Shown here: positions 18,985 through 29,856 of the stretch, piece by piece | How the letters are laid out: every line of letters starts with the position of its first letter | Position numbering within the stretch: position 1 is the stretch's first letter | NCBI GenBank assembly: GCA_035295505.1 | Contig: DATGIX010000104.1 | Location: 10,809-74,808, forward strand | Reading direction: 5' to 3' | DNA: 64,000 nt | DNA from: Puia sp. | GTDB lineage: Bacteria > Bacteroidota > Bacteroidia > Chitinophagales > Chitinophagaceae | Notes under the pieces: generated by a model | Databases searched by the model: none | The model's input: the letters and a program-made list of their open reading frames with translations, nothing else | Told to the model about the DNA's origin: nothing | Made by a program: the position numbers and the translations under genes

Positions 18985-20577
18985 TTACCATCCTGGTGTT
19001 TGTTTGTACACGTTATTACTTGCGGATATTACATCAGGGCTTATTGGCCATGCCATGTGTTTTGCCGGATCAAAACTTCTTTGCGGCCAAACAACGCTGG
19101 TAGTATAAGGTGAAGCAGGATCCGTTTTATTATCGTGAATGCGGCCATGAAGTGGCGCATTTATTTTATCAAAATCTCCCCATCTTTTCAAATCTTGAAA
19201 TCTGTCGGTCCATTCGCACGCAAGCTCGCAGCGGCGCTCATGCTTCAAATCATCCATAGTAGGATTTACTATTGATGCTAATCCTACTCTCGCACGCACT
19301 TCATTAAGCGGTGCTGCAGCATCAGCATTTTTGCCTTGCTGGATCAATGCTTCAGCTTTGAATAACAAAATCTCTGCATAGCGCATCAACGGCAGGTTCA
19401 ACATAGTTGTCGGATAATTCCCGTCCTGATTAATCATTGAATTGGTTCCGGCCTCCAGATTAGTTCCATAGCTATATGGCTCCATGTATTTATTAATCTG
19501 AAAACCGGAAAGACTGTTTGTGGAATAGTATTGCCAGTCTTGGCCAAAATAAGTAAAGTGATCGCCAAAATTAAGAATGGTAGCTTCACGTCTTGGATCA
19601 GTCGCTTCATATTCATCATACAATTCTTCTGTGGGTTGAAAATAACCCCAGCCATTATAAATTCCCCAGCCTTTGTTTTCAAGCACTACTCCCATAAATT
19701 CAGAACCACCGAGTGTGCTTGATGTTACTGACCAAATATATTCAGAGCTCCAGTTGTTTGCAATTTTAAAAACTGCTTTGTAATTATCAGCAGAAGTACC
19801 CTGCCCGGTAATCAAAGCTCTTCCACATTCATTCTTTATCCGATCGCAGAGATCAGGAATCAATGCCCACTTGGTATTGTCATACTGCGCCCAATAAGCA
19901 TAAGTTTTTACAAGATACCCGAGTGCTGCAGCTTTATGAGCCCTGCCCTGATCCGCTGATCCATAAGTTTCAAATAATGGAAGAAGATCAGATGCTTTTT
20001 GAAAATCGCCTGCGATGATTTCATAGTTATCAGTCACTGATGCCAACTGAGGCGGGATGCGATAACCGAATTGAGCGTTCTCCACGCCATCATAAGGCAC
20101 CCCCTGATTTTTGTGACCCCAGAGATATGCAATCCAAAAATGTGAAAACCCTCTCATGAAATATGCTTCGCCAAGAGATCGGTTTTTCAGATCATCAGAA
20201 ATATTGGTTGCATTTTGCAAGCCTGCAATTGCTTCATTTGCTTTGTTGAGTGTGAAATATAAATCGCTCCATCCTCCTGCCATATAATCTTCAGCACCGG
20301 TGCAAACAAAATTTTTAATATTTTCTGCTGCAGGCTTTGGCCTTCCTACGATCAAATCATCGCTGGCATTCTGCATCCAAAAAAGATTTCTTCCCCATGT
20401 GGATTCATAACGCATGGACACATACAATGCGGCCGTCGATTTTGTGACCATGTCTGTTCCGTTCCACTGGTATGCAGCAGTTGGTGTGCCATTTGGTTTT
20501 GTATCAACCCAGTTTTTACTGCATGAACCGAATATTAATGTCGAACATAAAAGCGAATAATATAATGAGCGTTTCAT
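18985..20577 (-). CDS. SusD/RagB family lipoprotein
   Basis: Lipobox FGSC; GEAYFMRG, RYAEILLFKAEA, HERRCELACE..RFQDLKRWG. Confidence 0.92.
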   Translation of the reverse strand: MKRSLYYSLLCSTLIFGSCSKNWVDTKPNGTPTAAYQWNGTDMVTKSTAALYVSMRYESTWGRNLFWMQNASDDLIVGRPKPAAENIKNFVCTGAEDYMAGGWSDLYFTLNKANEAIAGLQNATNISDDLKNRSLGEAYFMRGFSHFWIAYLWGHKNQGVPYDGVENAQFGYRIPPQLASVTDNYEIIAGDFQKASDLLPLFETYGSADQGRAHKAAALGYLVKTYAYWAQYDNTKWALIPDLCDRIKNECGRALITGQGTSADNYKAVFKIANNWSSEYIWSVTSSTLGGSEFMGVVLENKGWGIYNGWGYFQPTEELYDEYEATDPRREATILNFGDHFTYFGQDWQYYSTNSLSGFQINKYMEPYSYGTNLEAGTNSMINQDGNYPTTMLNLPLMRYAEILLFKAEALIQQGKNADAAAPLNEVRARVGLASIVNPTMDDLKHERRCELACEWTDRFQDLKRWGDFDKINAPLHGRIHDNKTDPASPYTTSVVWPQRSFDPAKHMAWPISPDVISASNNVYKQTPGW

Positions 20578-20597
20578 AACTAAAGTTTTTGAAAGAA

Positions 20598-23500
20598 TTA
20601 TAAATTAAGTTTTACACCCGCTGCAAATACTCTTGACACAGGGAATTGCCCTCCATCAAAACCAATGCCTCCCACTTCAGGATCCATTCCGCTATACTTG
20701 GTGATGGTGATTAAATTGTCTGCGCTGATGTAAACACGCAAGCTCGTGTTGTGCAAAAATTTCGGGAAGTTGTAACCGATGATCAAACTTTTTAATCTCA
20801 GATAATTTCCGCTTTCCAGATACCAGTCAGAAGGAGTCTGGAAGTTATTATTTGCATCACTCGCAGAAATAATCGGTATGGTCGATTTTGTATTTGTAGG
20901 TGACCATGCATCTAAAATTTTATCCCATCTGTTATAACCTTGTTCAGCTCCATTCAAAGTCGATTCTTTGAAAGCATGGAATAATTTCACGCCTGCAACG
21001 CCTTGCCAAAACATGGTCATATCAAATCTTCTCCATGAAAGATTTGCCGTGAAGCCATAAGTAAATTTTGGAAGAGCACTTCCCATATACACTCTGTCGC
21101 CATCATCAATTTTGCCACTGTTGTCTTTGTCAACAAATTTCAGGTCGCCGGCTTTTGCATTAGGCTGAATCCTGTTGCCATTCTTATCAACGTAATTAGC
21201 CGCATCTGCATCGCTTTGAAAAATGCCAGCAGTTTTTACGAGCCAGTAGGATTCATAAGGCTGGCCCACCGTCGACCGGTAAGGTGATAATGTTCCTCGC
21301 CATGTGCTGCCATCCGGCCAAAATGAATTTGGGTTGTTATCAATATAAGAAACCCTGTTTTTTAATGTTGCAAAGTTTCCGCTGATCTCATAAGCAAATT
21401 CTCCTGCGCGATTTCTCCAGGTTGCTGCAAATTCAAATCCGGTGTTCCTGATTTTTCCCTGGTTAATCAATGGTGCGCCAAAACCATAAGTGTTTGGCCA
21501 GTTCGCAGTTTGAGCTGTGATGAGATTATAAGTCAGCTTATCAAAATAATCTACAGTGAGAGATAATTTATCGTGCCATACATTTATATCCATACCAAGG
21601 TCTTTCTGCTCTGCTGTTTCCCATGTCAGCTTTGCGTTTGTAAAGCTTCCTACATACAACGCAGTTGTTTGAGGTCCGCCATCACCAACCTGATATGTGT
21701 AATCAGAATTCAGCAAAGGGTAACCGTAGTTAACAGGAACAGAACTTAAATTTCCGATACGGCCCCAGCTTCCTCTTATCTTTAATAAATCAAGAGCTGG
21801 CAAATGAAAAAATGGCTCAGAGCTGATTTTCCATGCTGCAGTTACGCCAGGCACACCAATCGTGCGATGCCCGGGAGCAAGCCTTCCTGCAATATCATAT
21901 CGATAACTTCCTGTGACGAAATAACGATCAGCCCAGCTATATGTCAATCTTCCAACATAAGATTGATTCCTGTCTTTCCAATCCCAGTCTGTAGGTTTTA
22001 TATCTGTGAAGTTTCCGGCATTAATAAAAAACTGAGCCCATGTCGCTTCATTGTCAAAAGTTTTTGCCGAAGCGCTGAAACCTTCCCCTGAATTTTCTTG
22101 CGCAGTTGTAGAAACCATGGCACCAATGCTGTGGCTTCCAAAATTGCGGCCATAATTGATTGTATTCTCCCAAATCCAGTTGTAGGTTTTATTGGTTGAA
22201 TAATCCAATTCGTTTTGATCATTAGGCTTGCCCGGCTCTGTTCTTCTGGGAATAAAATTTTTGTACAATGATTGTCCTTGTCTGTAAGAAAATCTTGTTA
22301 AGAAAGAAAGCCCTCTGATGATATTTGAAATTTTTAATTCTGAAACGGATTGCACATCGAGCGATTTATTATATGGTTGATTGCGCAATAATGTAGCAAC
22401 AGGATTTATAACATCACCATGAATGCCGAGGTATGGAGAATCTCTTGGGCCAACTCCACCAAAAGTTCCGTCGGGATAATAAACTGTTGCGGAGCGTGGC
22501 ATGTATATAGCGGATAAAATGGTGCCGTCATATCCGCTCTCTGTACTTGTTCCTCTGTGGTCGTTATTATTTAAAAATATATCCTGTTTGAATTTTATGT
22601 GCGAGTTAAACTGATAGGCAGAATTAAAACGCAAGGAAATATTTTTTGCGTAAGTGTTCAGCAGCGTACCCTGATTTTCTTCATACCTGCCCTGGAACAA
22701 AGAAGAAAATTTTTCAGTGCCTGCATTCAATGTAATATTATGTCTGTGGATTAATCCCGTCCTGAATATTGAGTGTATCCAATCAGTGCGTGTAACCTGG
22801 TCGTTAGGGTTTTTTGTTGCATCCCATCCGTCAAGTGGTGGTAAGCCTGCATTTGTATAAGCAAGGTTAGCAACCTTCGCTTCATTTGCAGCCGTTAATG
22901 ACTGCGGCAATCTCCATGCGTTCTTTGCACCAACAAAGCCTGTATATTCAATACCAGGCTTGCCTTGTGCAGCCTGGCGAGTTGTTATTAATACAACACC
23001 CGCAGCTCCAGAGAATGCCCCGTAAATAGCTGCTGATGCAGCATCTTTTAACACCGTTACCGATTCAATATCTGCAGGATTGTATGGAGCACCCGGAACA
23101 CCATCTACTACAAATAATGGAGCATCTCCATTTCTTGAGCCTGTTCCTCTAATGAACAATGTTGGTGATTGATCGGGATGGCCGCCATTACTGACAATTG
23201 TAACTCCAGGCACTTTTCCCTGTATCATACTTAATGCATCCACAACAGGCCTCTCTTTTATTTGAGGCATATCTGGCACTGTTGAAACTGCTGCTGATAA
23301 ATCTTTTTTCTTCATCGTGCCATATCCAATTACAACCACTTTGTCCAAACTGCTATTTGTCTGTTTCATGATGATACTGATGGAGATTCGTCCGTTTTCC
23401 TTCAGTTCATAACCTGTAAGTGTGTCTGATTGATAACCAACATAACTAAAAACAAATTGATAGCCCGGGCCTGAAGGCAAATCACTGAATGAAAAAATTC

Positions 23501-23702
23501 CTTTCGCATCAGTTGTGGCGCTGCGGGAAAGGCCTGACGAAATGTTTTGCAAGTGCACACTAACACCGGCCAACTCGTCTCCACTCTCATTTCTAACGAT
23601 GCCGATCGCCTTGTTAGCGGTATTGCTCTGTGCCTGCAAACAAAATGTTGCAATGAGCAATACCAGCATACATAACAATACTCTTTTCATAAGCTGTGTC
23701 AT
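20598..23702 (-). CDS. SusC/RagA TonB-dependent transporter
   Basis: VVVIGYG, PLFVVDGVP, DIESVTVLKDAASAAIYG, LTWET, C-terminal GVKLNL. Confidence 0.95.
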   Translation of the reverse strand: MTQLMKRVLLCMLVLLIATFCLQAQSNTANKAIGIVRNESGDELAGVSVHLQNISSGLSRSATTDAKGIFSFSDLPSGPGYQFVFSYVGYQSDTLTGYELKENGRISISIIMKQTNSSLDKVVVIGYGTMKKKDLSAAVSTVPDMPQIKERPVVDALSMIQGKVPGVTIVSNGGHPDQSPTLFIRGTGSRNGDAPLFVVDGVPGAPYNPADIESVTVLKDAASAAIYGAFSGAAGVVLITTRQAAQGKPGIEYTGFVGAKNAWRLPQSLTAANEAKVANLAYTNAGLPPLDGWDATKNPNDQVTRTDWIHSIFRTGLIHRHNITLNAGTEKFSSLFQGRYEENQGTLLNTYAKNISLRFNSAYQFNSHIKFKQDIFLNNNDHRGTSTESGYDGTILSAIYMPRSATVYYPDGTFGGVGPRDSPYLGIHGDVINPVATLLRNQPYNKSLDVQSVSELKISNIIRGLSFLTRFSYRQGQSLYKNFIPRRTEPGKPNDQNELDYSTNKTYNWIWENTINYGRNFGSHSIGAMVSTTAQENSGEGFSASAKTFDNEATWAQFFINAGNFTDIKPTDWDWKDRNQSYVGRLTYSWADRYFVTGSYRYDIAGRLAPGHRTIGVPGVTAAWKISSEPFFHLPALDLLKIRGSWGRIGNLSSVPVNYGYPLLNSDYTYQVGDGGPQTTALYVGSFTNAKLTWETAEQKDLGMDINVWHDKLSLTVDYFDKLTYNLITAQTANWPNTYGFGAPLINQGKIRNTGFEFAATWRNRAGEFAYEISGNFATLKNRVSYIDNNPNSFWPDGSTWRGTLSPYRSTVGQPYESYWLVKTAGIFQSDADAANYVDKNGNRIQPNAKAGDLKFVDKDNSGKIDDGDRVYMGSALPKFTYGFTANLSWRRFDMTMFWQGVAGVKLFHAFKESTLNGAEQGYNRWDKILDAWSPTNTKSTIPIISASDANNNFQTPSDWYLESGNYLRLKSLIIGYNFPKFLHNTSLRVYISADNLITITKYSGMDPEVGGIGFDGGQFPVSRVFAAGVKLNL

Positions 23703-23795
23703 TTTGGGTGTTTGAAATAATTAGGAATACAATAAATGTCCCTTCAACAAATGGAACGTTTGTTTAGCGTTTGAAATCTTTAATAATTAGTATGA

Positions 23796-24833
23796 TTAAT
23801 TTATCCTCCTGACCGTGTACCCTTGCCCGTTTTTTTTGATGATCAAATCGTTGAGCTTTGCAATTGTATTTAAAAATTCATCTAATGTTTCTGATGTTGA
23901 TTTATGCATTCCTGTAAAATTCATATCGCCGATTGCTGCCGTGTCGTATTTTATTTTCACATGATATTGTTTCTGCAGCTCCTTAAAAACTTCCTGTAAT
24001 GGTTTATTATTGAAATCAAGCGCAACTGCTGGTTTCAAAACAGCTATTTTTTTTGTTTCAGGATTTTCTTCCGGCCTGAACGCATGAACATCAACAGCTA
24101 AACTTTTATTATTGAAACTAAGTTCATGTCCAGGGCTGAGGAAAACATCTTCTACATGCGGTGCTTTTTCTTCGTTTCGAACCACCACTTTGCCTTCAAA
24201 TAATTTCACTGTTGTGACCATTTCGTTCTTTGCATTCACTGTGAACATAGTTCCTAATGCTGTAGTGTTTATTTTATTTGAATGAACACAAAATGGTTTC
24301 GATGGATCTTTTGCTACTTTAAAATTTGCTTCTCCCGTCAAAAAAATATCTCTCCTGTTTTCATTGAAAGAACTATTGTATGATATGCTGCTCCCTGAAG
24401 AAAGCACAACAACACTGCCTTCCGGCAAAATAATTTTTTTAGGTGTTGTTAAATCATTCTTCTCAGTAGCGAACAATAGGTTCTCTTTTTTTTCAGGCTT
24501 GTTTTGGTCAACTGCTATTGAACGATCAACACTATGATGATTCAAATAAAAAACTGATGCAGAAATCAGCAATACAACAGATGCGGCGGCGACCCAACCA
24601 AATCTTCTGATGAAAATTACTTTTTTATCAATGCGTTCATTTATTTTTTCAAACATCCGCTCTGAGATATCGCCGTTCATTTTTTCAGCAGAAAAAGAGT
24701 GCCAGCTTTCTTCAGTCAAATATTTCTCCAACTGGTCTGGATTTTCCCTGAACCATACAGTTACCATTCGCCTCTCTTCTTCAGTGCATTTGCCAGTCAA
24801 AAAATCCCTTATCAACTTTTCTGAAATGTGCAT
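23796..24833 (-). CDS. FecR family anti-sigma factor
   Basis: TM helix then LPEGSVVVLSSGS, LTGEANFKVAKD, TTALGTMF. Confidence 0.9.
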   Translation of the reverse strand: MHISEKLIRDFLTGKCTEEERRMVTVWFRENPDQLEKYLTEESWHSFSAEKMNGDISERMFEKINERIDKKVIFIRRFGWVAAASVVLLISASVFYLNHHSVDRSIAVDQNKPEKKENLLFATEKNDLTTPKKIILPEGSVVVLSSGSSISYNSSFNENRRDIFLTGEANFKVAKDPSKPFCVHSNKINTTALGTMFTVNAKNEMVTTVKLFEGKVVVRNEEKAPHVEDVFLSPGHELSFNNKSLAVDVHAFRPEENPETKKIAVLKPAVALDFNNKPLQEVFKELQKQYHVKIKYDTAAIGDMNFTGMHKSTSETLDEFLNTIAKLNDLIIKKNGQGYTVRRIN

Positions 24834-24972
24834 ACAATAATATTTCGTATGAAACTGAATAATCCCTTACTCCGTTTAAAAATATTTTTTGAATATAAGA
24901 AATTAAAACTGTAGAAATGATGAGCATAGTAGATTCTCATCTTATATTCCGACAAGGATTTAATTTGAGCTT

Positions 24973-25494
24973 TTAAAAAAATGAGAGTGATTTTCTGATA
25001 TGCCTGATCGCTCTTGTAATATGGGTTTCTACCGTTTTGGAAGTAATGGAAAGCTCAGAGCTGATTTCTTTGTGAGAGCGTTCTTCAAATCTGCTGTATT
25101 TGAATACTTTTTTTTGAACAGGTGGCATTGTTTCAATTGCATTCATAGCAAGCGCTAGTTCGTTCTTTGTTTCCGGATTGTAATATTCAATTGCTTCTGC
25201 ATTAAACTCCATAGAACTCAGGGGAACTACTTTTCTTACTTTATTTTTTCTGAGCAAATCTATAAGTATGCTTTTTGCGATTCTGAAGAGTTGAGCAGAA
25301 AGAGGGTGTTCTATTGATAGCTTGCTGCGTTTTTCCCAAATTTTTACAAAGCTCAATTGAACAGTTTCCTCTGCAAGCCATTCTGATTGAGTATATCGAT
25401 AAATATAATGGTAAAGTTTCGAGTGATACTCAAAATAAAAATCCTGAAAGCTTTGACGATCTCCTTTCCTGATATTTTCTATCAATTCATTCAT
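24973..25494 (-). CDS. ECF sigma-70 factor, Bacteroidota FecI-like
   Basis: AEETVQLSFVKIW, region-4 SHKEISSELSITSKTVETHITRA; ATG at 25494 preferred. Confidence 0.9.
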   Translation of the reverse strand: MNELIENIRKGDRQSFQDFYFEYHSKLYHYIYRYTQSEWLAEETVQLSFVKIWEKRSKLSIEHPLSAQLFRIAKSILIDLLRKNKVRKVVPLSSMEFNAEAIEYYNPETKNELALAMNAIETMPPVQKKVFKYSRFEERSHKEISSELSITSKTVETHITRAIRHIRKSLSFF

Positions 25495-25609
25495 ATGCAG
25501 TCGCAAATCAAAAAACTAAGGTAGATAAAAAAGCAAATAGATTCCATCAGCCTTTTTTATCTGTGCGTTAATTTTCACGAAACCGTTTTCGTAGCTCTTA
25601 ATAAACCTG

Positions 25610-26440
25610 TTATCTATTGCCTGATGAAGAAACTGTTACAAGGTCGGAAGAAAATAAATTAGGATTCGCTTTTTCTGCGGCTTCTATAATGCTATAATCT
25701 GAAAGTATATCAGCTTTATTTTTTTGAACATGAACATCATGTTCGAAGTGAACAGAAGGCTTGTGGTCTTTTGTGCGCACAGTCCAGCCATCATCTTCTG
25801 TATAAACATCTCTTACGCCGAGATTAATCATTGGTTCAATAGCAATCACCAATCCTTCTTTCATTTTTGGCCCGCTGCCACGCTTGCCATAATTAGGAAC
25901 CTGCGGGTCTTCATGCATGCTTTTTCCCAAGCCATGACCAACAAGCTCACGAACTACTCCATAACCATATTTTTTTTCTGTATGTTCCTGAATGGCAAAA
26001 GAAATATCTCCCACACGATTTCCAGCTACTGCTTTTTCAATGCCTTTGTATAATGATTCTTTGGTCACTCTTATTAACTGAGCAACAGGCTGACTGATTT
26101 CGCCTAACACGAATGTATATGCGTGGTCGCCGTGATAACCGTTTTTCACAACGCCGGTATCAATTGAAACGATATCACCCTCTTTTAATTCTTCTTTATT
26201 TGGAAAACCATGCACAACAACGTCATTCACAGAAATGCATGAATTGAAAGGATAGCCTCGATAATTTAAAAAATTAGGAGCCGCTTTATTATCTCTGATA
26301 AACTCACCAATGATTTTATCAAGCGAAAGCGTAGTGATGCCGGGCTTTAAAATTTTTGCAATCTCAGTAAGGGTTTTGCTTACGAGCAAAGCGCTTTGCC
26401 GCATCAGTTCAATTTCAGCTTGTGTTTTATAAAAAATCAT
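25610..26440 (-). CDS. map: Methionine aminopeptidase type I
   Basis: CISVNDVVVHG, GHGLG, IEPM, HFEH; directly after secY. Confidence 0.97.
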   Translation of the reverse strand: MIFYKTQAEIELMRQSALLVSKTLTEIAKILKPGITTLSLDKIIGEFIRDNKAAPNFLNYRGYPFNSCISVNDVVVHGFPNKEELKEGDIVSIDTGVVKNGYHGDHAYTFVLGEISQPVAQLIRVTKESLYKGIEKAVAGNRVGDISFAIQEHTEKKYGYGVVRELVGHGLGKSMHEDPQVPNYGKRGSGPKMKEGLVIAIEPMINLGVRDVYTEDDGWTVRTKDHKPSVHFEHDVHVQKNKADILSDYSIIEAAEKANPNLFSSDLVTVSSSGNR

Positions 26441-26711
26441 TGGGTGAATAGTGAATGGTCAATGGTGAATAAGTTTCATCAGGAATTAAAGGTCGATAAG
26501 TTTTCGTTTGGGCTTGCACGTTGCTCAATAGAATTGTTTCAGTACAAGTGAGTGACACAATCCGCCGCGGCGGACTTAATAGTAGCAATGTCGCTTAATA
26601 TATAATAAAACTCTTACGGCTTATAACTTGCCACTTACCACTTCTATATTACAAATAAACCTGTCAGCGGTTCGCATAACAGGTTCATTATAGAAAAATC
26701 TGAAAATATTT

Positions 26712-28055
26712 TTAGATGACAGCACCTGAAACAGTAGATGACTGGCGACCCTGAATCCTTCCGCTTTTCATCAATCCATCATATTGACGCATCAGCAATT
26801 GTGTTTCCACTTGCTGTAATGTATCGAGAATTACACCCACCATAATCAACAATGATGTGCCTCCGAAAAATGATGCAAATGATTGTGTGATTCCGAGACG
26901 TTGCGCAAACCCAGGCAGGATACCGATTACAGCCAGTAACACTGCACCTGGCAAAGTGATTTTATCCATCACTGAACCAATATAATCTGCAGTTGGCTGA
27001 CCAGGTTTTACACCAGGGATAAATCCGTTGTTGCGCTTAAGGTCTTCAGAAATTTGCTTGGGGTTAAAAATTAAAGCAGTGTACAAGAACGTGAATGCAA
27101 TCACTATCACCGCATAGATTATCATGTGCAGATAATCTTTCGGATCTGAAAATATTCTTGATATACCTTCTTTATTTTCAAAGCTTGTATATGAAATCAA
27201 AGTTGGAAGGAACATGATTGCCTGCGCAAAGATGATTGGCATTACACCGGCACTGTTCACTTTCAATGGAAGAAATTGCCTGGCGCCACCGAATTGCTTA
27301 TTACCAACAATCTGCTTGGCATAGTTCACCGGAACTTTTCGCACCCCTTGAATCAGCACAATCAATCCCATGATGATTCCGATAAGGATGGCGATTTCAA
27401 TCACGAAGATTAATATACCGCCGCTTCCGATTGCGAGTTTCGCTGTAAGCTCCTGCCTGAAAGCATTTGGGAGCCTCGCTAAAATTCCAATCATGATGAT
27501 GAGTGAAGTACCGTTGCCTAATCCTTTATCAGTGATTTTTTCACCGAGCCACATCACGAACAATGTTCCTGCTGTTAGCACGATTGGAGTAGTAATCCAT
27601 AAATAAGCTGAGAAAGAATCAATAACTGCATCTTTCGCCATCGTTCTTAAATAGGTCACATAAGCATAAGCCTGAACGAACGTGACAATAACAGTAAGAT
27701 ATCTTGTCCACTGATTGATTTTTTTTCTGCCGCTCTCGCCTTCTTTCTGAACCTTTTGCATTTGAGGAACAAGGATTGTCATCAATTGCATAAAGATAGA
27801 GGCAGAGATATAAGGCATGATACCAAGCGCAACAATTGACGCTTGCAAAAATGCACCACCAGAGAATGCATCAATCAATCCGAGCGCACCACCCTTTGCT
27901 CCGGATAAGCTGCTGAGTTTATGAGGGTCGATTCCGGGCAATGTGATATAAGTACACACCCTGAAAATGAACACAAGAAGCAAAGTAGTAAGTATCTTAC
28001 TCTTCAGCTCCTCGATGCCCCAGATATTTTTTAGTGTTTGAATCAGTTTCTTCAC
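26712..28055 (-). CDS. secY: Preprotein translocase SecY
   Basis: ALGIMPYISASI, NGTSLII, LKVNSAGVMPIIFA, GGTSLLIMVGV. Confidence 0.98.
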   Translation of the reverse strand: MKKLIQTLKNIWGIEELKSKILTTLLLVFIFRVCTYITLPGIDPHKLSSLSGAKGGALGLIDAFSGGAFLQASIVALGIMPYISASIFMQLMTILVPQMQKVQKEGESGRKKINQWTRYLTVIVTFVQAYAYVTYLRTMAKDAVIDSFSAYLWITTPIVLTAGTLFVMWLGEKITDKGLGNGTSLIIMIGILARLPNAFRQELTAKLAIGSGGILIFVIEIAILIGIIMGLIVLIQGVRKVPVNYAKQIVGNKQFGGARQFLPLKVNSAGVMPIIFAQAIMFLPTLISYTSFENKEGISRIFSDPKDYLHMIIYAVIVIAFTFLYTALIFNPKQISEDLKRNNGFIPGVKPGQPTADYIGSVMDKITLPGAVLLAVIGILPGFAQRLGITQSFASFFGGTSLLIMVGVILDTLQQVETQLLMRQYDGLMKSGRIQGRQSSTVSGAVI

Positions 28056-28126
28056 GAATGTTGTAATTTTTTATTTAGCCAAAACAAAAAAGACGCAGTT
28101 CATGCGCCTTGCAAGTTACACAAAAA

Positions 28127-28576
28127 TTACTTGAGAATTTCTATAGTTCCGCCAGCTTCTTCAATAGCAGCTTTTGCCTTTGCGCTCACTGCATTCACTT
28201 TGAAAGCGATTTTAGTTTTCAATTCGCCGTTTCCGAGAACTTTTACTAATGAAGTTTGGCTGATGAGTCCATTAATATATAAATTTTCCGGAGAGAATTC
28301 TTTGATACCATATTTTTCAATCAGATGGTCAATTTGACCAAGATTGAAAACATTGTATTCTATTCTGTTGATGTTTTTGAAACCGCGTTTTGGAAGCCTT
28401 CTCTGGATGGGCATCTGACCGCCTTCATGAGCCATTTTGCGCTGATAACCTGCACGGCTCTGTCCGCCTTTATTACCTTTTGTTGAAGTTCCGCCTTTAC
28501 CGGAAGCTTCGCCGCGACCTAATCTTTTTTCTTTGTGAGTAGACCCTTTTGCAGGCCTGATAGTGTGTAATTTCAT
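28127..28576 (-). CDS. rplO: 50S ribosomal protein L15
   Basis: RLGRGEASGKGGTS, HEGGQMP..RRLPKRGF. Confidence 0.98.
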   Translation of the reverse strand: MKLHTIRPAKGSTHKEKRLGRGEASGKGGTSTKGNKGGQSRAGYQRKMAHEGGQMPIQRRLPKRGFKNINRIEYNVFNLGQIDHLIEKYGIKEFSPENLYINGLISQTSLVKVLGNGELKTKIAFKVNAVSAKAKAAIEEAGGTIEILK

Positions 28577-28691
28577 TTTATTTGATTTTAACTCAACGGG
28601 GAATCGCCCCTCGCTTATTAATTATCTGATGTGAAAATGTGCGGATATGCGAATTCTTTTCATTCGCAAATCTGCACATCCGCAAATTTGC

Positions 28692-28874
28692 TTATTTAAC
28701 TTCTTCAACTTTCACCAGATGATCCACTTTGCGCACCATACCTAAAATTTGTGGAGTTGCTTCTACTTCTTTACTAGCGTGCATTTTTTTCAAGCCAAGT
28801 GCAAGCAATGTTTGCTTCTGGCGCTCTGGTCTGTCAATTCCGCTCTTAACCTGTGTTATTTTAATTTTTTTCAT
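28692..28874 (-). CDS. rpmD: 50S ribosomal protein L30
   Basis: IKITQVKSGIDRP...LGLKK; synteny. Confidence 0.96.
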   Translation of the reverse strand: MKKIKITQVKSGIDRPERQKQTLLALGLKKMHASKEVEATPQILGMVRKVDHLVKVEEVK

Positions 28875-28901
28875 AACTCAACTATTGAACTGTGGACAGA
28901 A

Positions 28902-29423
28902 TTATTGTCCGTTAAAAACTTTCTTTAAAGATAAATGGCGTGTTCTTGAAACAGTGATTGGCTCTCTCAACATCGCCAATGCTTTAAACGTTGCTTTCAC
29001 CACGTTGTGTGGGTTTGCAGAACCAAGTGATTTTGCAAGAACGTCTGTTACACCAGCGCTTTCAAGAACAGCACGCATGCTGCCTCCGGCGATTACACCA
29101 GTACCATGAGCAGCTGGTTTAATCAGCACTTTCGCTGCGCCTTCTTTTGCAAGCTGGTCGTGAGGAATTGTGCCATGCAGAATCGGAACTTTAATCAGGT
29201 TCTTTTTTGCATCTTCAATTCCTTTGGTGATGGCTTCCTGCACTTCTTTCGCTTTGCCCAAACCATGACCAACAACGCCGCCTTCATTTCCTACTACTAC
29301 TAATGCAGAAAAACTAAATGCACGTCCGCCTTTTGTTGTTTTCACAACACGGTTGATAGCAACTACTTTTTCTTTCAATTCCAGGTCGCCGGCTTTTACT
29401 TTCGTTAAGTTTACTTTTGACAT
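28902..29423 (-). CDS. rpsE: 30S ribosomal protein S5
   Basis: [26 protein letters not shown]. Confidence 0.98.
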   Translation of the reverse strand: MSKVNLTKVKAGDLELKEKVVAINRVVKTTKGGRAFSFSALVVVGNEGGVVGHGLGKAKEVQEAITKGIEDAKKNLIKVPILHGTIPHDQLAKEGAAKVLIKPAAHGTGVIAGGSMRAVLESAGVTDVLAKSLGSANPHNVVKATFKALAMLREPITVSRTRHLSLKKVFNGQ

Positions 29424-29454
29424 TGTATGCTTTGAAAAATTTTCAAATAATTTT

Positions 29455-29808
29455 TTAGAATTTTAATCCGCCTTCACGAGCGCCTTCAGCAACTGCTTTC
29501 ACGCGACCATGATATAAATTCCCGCCGCGGTCGAATATGCATTCTTTCAAACCAAGTTCATTTGCTTTGCGTGCGATAGCTGCTCCAACCAATTTGCTTT
29601 TCTCGCTCTTTGTTCCCTTTTGCGCAGTGATATCTTTATCACGAGAAGATGCTGCTGCTAAAGTTTTGCCATCATTATCATCAATCAATTGCACATATAT
29701 ATCGCTGTTGCTCCTGAACACTGCCAGTCTCGGCTTTTCAGCAGAACCGGCAACTTTTTTTCGGATGCGGTATTGAACCTTTTGCTTCTTTACAAATTTC
29801 TTGTCCAT
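29455..29808 (-). CDS. rplR: 50S ribosomal protein L18
   Basis: [24 protein letters not shown]. Confidence 0.98.
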   Translation of the reverse strand: MDKKFVKKQKVQYRIRKKVAGSAEKPRLAVFRSNSDIYVQLIDDNDGKTLAAASSRDKDITAQKGTKSEKSKLVGAAIARKANELGLKECIFDRGGNLYHGRVKAVAEGAREGGLKF

Positions 29809-29856
29809 GATTTTTATTTTGCAATCCTGATACTGCCAGGATTTTTATTAACTCAT

